From the human T2T-CHM13v2.0 reference genome, Homo sapiens: a stretch of 64,000 bases of DNA. The position numbers and the translations under genes were made by a program. Numbering within the stretch: the first letter of the stretch is position 1; every line of letters begins with the position of its first letter. The notes below the pieces were generated by a model. That model ran no database searches, was not told the DNA's origin, and saw only the letters and a program-made list of their open reading frames with translations. The stretch lies in the NCBI RefSeq assembly GCF_009914755.1, contig NC_060929.1. One strand, 5' to 3'. Below are positions 57,600-64,000 of the stretch, in pieces.

Positions 57600-60120
57600 C
57601 CCGGGAGAGTTTAGGAGACCGCCGAGGCGAGCACTTTCTCTAACAATCGCGTGCTGCAGTCAGGAGAGCCCAGGTGGCTGCGGCCGCCCTTAGGAGACCA
57701 GTGATCATCCCAGCCACCTCCCTGCCCAGCCCCGGGCCGAACTGGAAAACTCTTAACTTTGGGCTTTATTTAAAACACTCGGGTTTCGAAAGCCGGGTCC
57801 CCTCCGCAGGCCAGGAGGCCTCAGTGAGCATCCTGTGCTGCGTGGGGAGGGCCTGGCAGCTGGCGGATCCGTCTGGGCTGCAGCTGCAGGGTCGGGAGCT
57901 CTTCTTGGACTCGGCTCCTTTCAGAAAACTCTTTTCTTGTCGGATGTGGTTTCCCTTTAATTAATCACTCATGCCCGCGTGTCCACCGCGCCGCTTCCCC
58001 ACTCTTCCTCCAGCCCCGCATGTGATCTCTATTTGGAGGCAGGAGAGCTGGTGGAGCATCTGGGGTTGCCGCGGAGGTGGTTCTGCCTGCCGCTGGGCTT
58101 CGGGCCGCCGCCCAGAGACAGAGCGATATCCTCCCAGATAGGCCTTCTGGAAGATTCACTGCCCTTTCCGAACTGTCTGGCCTGTTGGCCATGCTGGCCT
58201 CGAGGCTCAGCAGTTCCAGGCCTCAGCCTGGGTGGTCCAGGTGTTCAGGGTGGTCTCGAAGTGCATATTTCCTTCAGGTTTCCTCCCTTCTCTGCCCTCC
58301 TCCCCATCCCCGCTTAGGCGCTGGCATCCCGCTGACACCAGCCAACTTTTGCACCCCTATCAAGGATCTCTCAAAGAATATCTTGGCCACCTCAGGCACT
58401 GTGACTTCCTGGCGTTCGCATGACACAGGGCAAATAGCCAAGCTCCCAGGCAGTTGGGCCCCCGGAGGTTGGAGGCCTTGGCCTGTGCAGGCTCCTTTCC
58501 GGAAAGCCCTGGCCCCAAACCCCAACATCAAGCCACTCTCAGGATTGCGGGGCAGTGGGCAAGACCTGATCCAGAGGGTGTGCATTAAGCCGTTGCCCTC
58601 GTTGCGTTTAATTCTCCCGTCACTCCCCAGTCACTAAGGGAGGCCTCCTACTCGCGCCTCAGCTTCAAGGGCGGATGTGGCTGGGACCACCCTGGGACTC
58701 GGGTGTCTCCAAATGTGGCTCAGGCCGCCCCACGCCGAACGAGGTGGGATCAGATATTCCCGCTTGTGAGTGTTGGTGGGGCTGAAGAGATCACACGCGG
58801 CGGGGTGTGGAACTTTGAGGGGTGTCACGGCCAGGGCTTTGCGGCCCCAGACGTCCCAGCGGCTCGCAGGGGGCGCCAGGTCCGCGCTTCCCCTTGGGTC
58901 TTCGAGAGGCGTGTGCGCAGGACGCTGCCCTCTGTTGCCCAAAGCCCGCACCAGGCTCCTGGGCTTCCGCGGGCTTCCGCAGGCCTCAGGCGAGGGGCGG
59001 GGACGCCACCCGCACGCTCCCGAGCGCAGGGAGGGCTGTCGCCGAAGCGGTGACCCACGCGTGGACCCCGCCCGCGCTGGGCCGGGCCGGTCCCCTGCCC
59101 ACCCGCAGCCCTGCTCGGCCGCGTTCCCAGCAGCCGGGAAAGCTTCCTCCCTCGGTCACCGATCCAGGCCGCTGGTCCAGCTGTCAAAACAGGGGGTGTC
59201 TCTTTCATTCTGGCTCACAAAGTCCCAAAGGGGAACAGGGGGCCTTAATGCTTGTGTTTGGACACAAGCAATTATCCCTAATTATTCTTTTTCTTTTGAG
59301 CCTGCCCGTCCCGCCGGCGAGCCCGCCGCGGAACAGGCCCCGTAATCCTCCCTGGTCGGCGGATCTCAGTGGGCTCTGTGCGGCCCGAGGCTCGGGCGCT
59401 TTCATGTCACTGCGGGTTTAGAGCTGATTCAAACTCATTGCGATGGGGGAATTAACCCCGGGGCCCGGGCTTTCAGGGGCCTCTGATAAGAGATTATACG
59501 TGTTGATGGCAAGCTTTTCTTGGCAAAATGTTTTCAAAGGGCTTGGAGTTGTTAAATCAAAGCGCCATTGAATTGCTCGGGACCACCCCCTCCCCCGCCT
59601 CTTGCCCTTCCCCCACCTCCATCTTTTTCCCTTCATCCCTCCTCCCCCATCACCGCCCAGGACTGCCCAAGGCGAGCGGCCCAGCCTCCGGGAGTGGCGA
59701 GTCACCTTCCTTGGTACGATTTTCCCCCGGTGCCTCGCCCGGGAAGGATTGTTTTTGTAGGTGCTCCTGCTGCTGGGCACTTTGGTACCCCTTCCCTTCC
59801 CCGCCCCTCCCCGCCCCTTCACACACACTTGCTCTGGTAAAGAAAACATGTCCCAGATGAAAGACGTTTTTTTCAAACGTACATGTGTTTTGCAGAAAAC
59901 GGAGGTGACAGGGTGGGATAACGAGGAGAAAGGAAGGGTGGCTTTCCTGCCTCCCCCACCCCCGAAAGGTCATCGGAGTCAGAGGGGTAACCATCGGGTT
60001 AAAAAGTATTGTGGGCAGAGTTCAGATGTCCGGTGAATCGCACGGTTCTGCCCTGGGGGAGATCTGCCTTCCACCCCCACCCCCGCGGAATGACAGAAAG
60101 AGTTGGGAGGACCGTGGGGA
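57600..60120. promoter_or_regulatory. Large orphan CpG island cluster (densest ~58650-59480)
   Basis: High GC and CpG, GC boxes, CTCF-like CTCGCAGGGGGCGC at 58863-58876. Confidence 0.85.
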
Positions 60121-60453
60121 TGTAGATTCTGCACTGTGGAAAGTCTTTATTCAGGGAACTGGGTTCAATTATAAACTGCAAAGGATTATTGGGTACTGTG
60201 CTGGGCCCTGCTTGGGTGCAGTGGGAAATGCAAAATTTGGACAAGGGTTTACAAAGCCTTACAGGGGCTAGGTAAACACCTCCCCTTGAAATAAAACAAG
60301 ATATTTTAAGTGCCAGATATGTGAAACTGGTAACAATGTTGTGCTTGTCATCTTCCCCACCCCCCACCCCACCCCTCGCCCAATATATATCACATATACC
60401 ACACTAAACTGGTCAATTTCCACAGCTAGACTTCCTGGCTATCCAGACCTTGA

Positions 60454-60909
<456 letters not shown>

Positions 60910-61469
60910 TTACCTTGGCCAGTGGTTGGGTCCCTGCTAGGAATAGATTGGTTATTAGGAGAGCTGACTGCCTAACTCAATACCCACACCCTGTACAGGA
61001 TTGGACCCCAGGGCACACAACCTGCTGCCCAGGGTCACTAGAATCCTGCACTGCACCAAGCTTCTAGGCTAGGAGCTTCTCACCCCACTTTCTGTTTACC
61101 TTTTCCTTCCCACTCCTGCCACTCTAAGGCCCAGCATGCTTGCCCTGTGAACCTGCTCAAGTTATAACAAAATTTGATGCCAAGTTGGTACCCTATTTTG
61201 TTTCCTGGCTTCCTGAAGGATAAAGTGGTTCCTTGATTTATTTTCTGCTTCTTTCATAGTTAATGAGATATGATGGGCCCTGTGGGAAGCAAAGTTCAAT
61301 TATGACTTTTTGTTTTACATATCCATGGAATCCTTGGCCCGGTGTCTCCCAGTAACTGTCTAATATGTAGCTTTGTCTTTGTAAGCTTGTATTATCTCTC
61401 CAAGATACAGATGGTTTTTGTGATCTTAATCTATTTCGTTGGTAATATCTTATTTAAATTTTTGAGTCT

Positions 61470-62930
<1,461 letters not shown>

Positions 62931-63050
62931 TTAAATAATACAAATATATTTTTGAGGCTGATAAACAGAACTCACTTATACTTCCTTTTCTCATGCTGTT
63001 GTCTGGTTTTGGTATCAGTTATGCTAAACTCATTCCATTTCAATCCACAA

Positions 63051-63170
63051 TTTTTTTTTTTTTTTGGAGACCAGGTCTTGCTCTGTCACCCAGGCTGGCA
63101 GTAGTGGCGAGGCCTCAAAATCCTGGGCTCAAGGGATCCACCCAGCTCAGCCATCTGAGTAACTGGGCTT
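63051..63170 (-). mobile_element. Alu monomer or fragment (FLAM/AluJ-like)
   Basis: Poly-T plus GAGACCAGGTCTTGCTCTGTCACCCAGGCTGG...TCCTGGGCTCAAG. Confidence 0.7.
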
Positions 63171-63374
63171 ATCAATCTACAAATATTTATTGACTGCTTC
63201 CAGTGTTCTAGGCACTTTCAAGAGTGAACAAAACAGATTTAAAAAAGCAAAAATTTCTGCCTTCCTTGAATTTACATTGCAGTAGAGAGAGACACAATAT
63301 TTTAAAAGGTAGGAAATAAAAACATATTATAGCATGTTGGAAAGTAATAAGTGCTATTGTAAATTAAAGCAGGC

Positions 63375-64000
63375 ATCAAAAAGATCAATAACAAGTGTTG
63401 GCAGGGATATGAAGGGATTGGAACCTTCATATACTGCAGGTGGAAATGCAAAATGGTATAGCCACTTTGGAAAACAGTCTGGTAGTTCCTAAAAAGGTTA
63501 AACATAGAGTTAACCATATGACCTAGTAATTCTACTCCTAGCTATATATGCAAGAAAAATAAAAACATCTGTCCACAAAAAAGCTTGTACACAAATATTT
63601 ATAGTAGTATTATTCATGATAGTCAGAAAGTGGAAACAACCCAAATGTTTCCATTTCAATTCACCCATTTAAATTATATAATCCAATGGTTTTTAGCCAA
63701 ATTTCTATTGGTGAATGGAGAAAAAAATGTGGCAAATCCATACAATGAAATGTCATTCAGTCATAAAAAGAAATAAAGTAGTGATTCCTGCTTGTATTCT
63801 GCATGTATTCATACTGCTGATACATGTAGATACATGCTACGTTGATAAACTTTGAAAACATAATGTTAAGTGAAAGAAACCAGTCACAAAGGGCCACGTA
63901 GTATACGACTTCATTTAGATCAAATGTACAGAACAGGCAAATCCATAGACATGAAAAATAGATTGGTGTTTGCCTAGGGCCCGAGAGGAGGAATTTGGGG
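63375..64000 (+). mobile_element. L1M (L1MB/ME-like) 3' fragment, preceded by an L2 piece (~63175-63350)
   Basis: ACAAGTGTTGG..GGAACCTTCATATACTGC..TTTGGAAAACAG..AAGTGAAAGAAACCAGTCACAAA. Confidence 0.8.

Noticed and set aside
55641-60036. Many 100-200 aa ORFs in the distal CpG islands (possible transcription-factor gene)
   Set aside because: No homeodomain, forkhead, bHLH or zinc-finger signature in any listed frame, and most lack a true ATG.

Overview
This is human (primate) non-coding genomic DNA, and I find no credible protein-coding exon in it. A 5'-truncated AluYa5 points to Homo sapiens. The first ~480 bp look like the end of a 3' UTR with an ATTAAA poly(A) signal. From recalled gene and CpG-island spacing I tentatively place it at the end of TMEM174 (5q13.2, toward FOXD1); this needs a BLAT check. 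The rest is a mosaic of transposon fossils: a full-length Tigger1, a Charlie1-family hAT, a full-length dead L1PA7-like element, about 15 Alus, THE1/MLT LTRs and MER/MIR/L2/L1M pieces. There are gene-less CpG islands at ~41.2-41.9, 55.5-56.5 and 57.6-60.1 kb inside repeat-poor, enhancer-like DNA. The most unusual signals are two local inverted duplications with snap-back hairpins at their junctions. One is a 175-bp, ~99% identical inverted copy of Tigger1 sequence (3451-3625 vs 4836-5010); the other is a ~134-bp, ~93% identical inverted repeat of apparently unique DNA (43405-43537 vs 43971-44104). I see no evidence for a new multi-gene system. Repeat subfamily calls come from recalled consensus sequences, not a RepeatMasker run.
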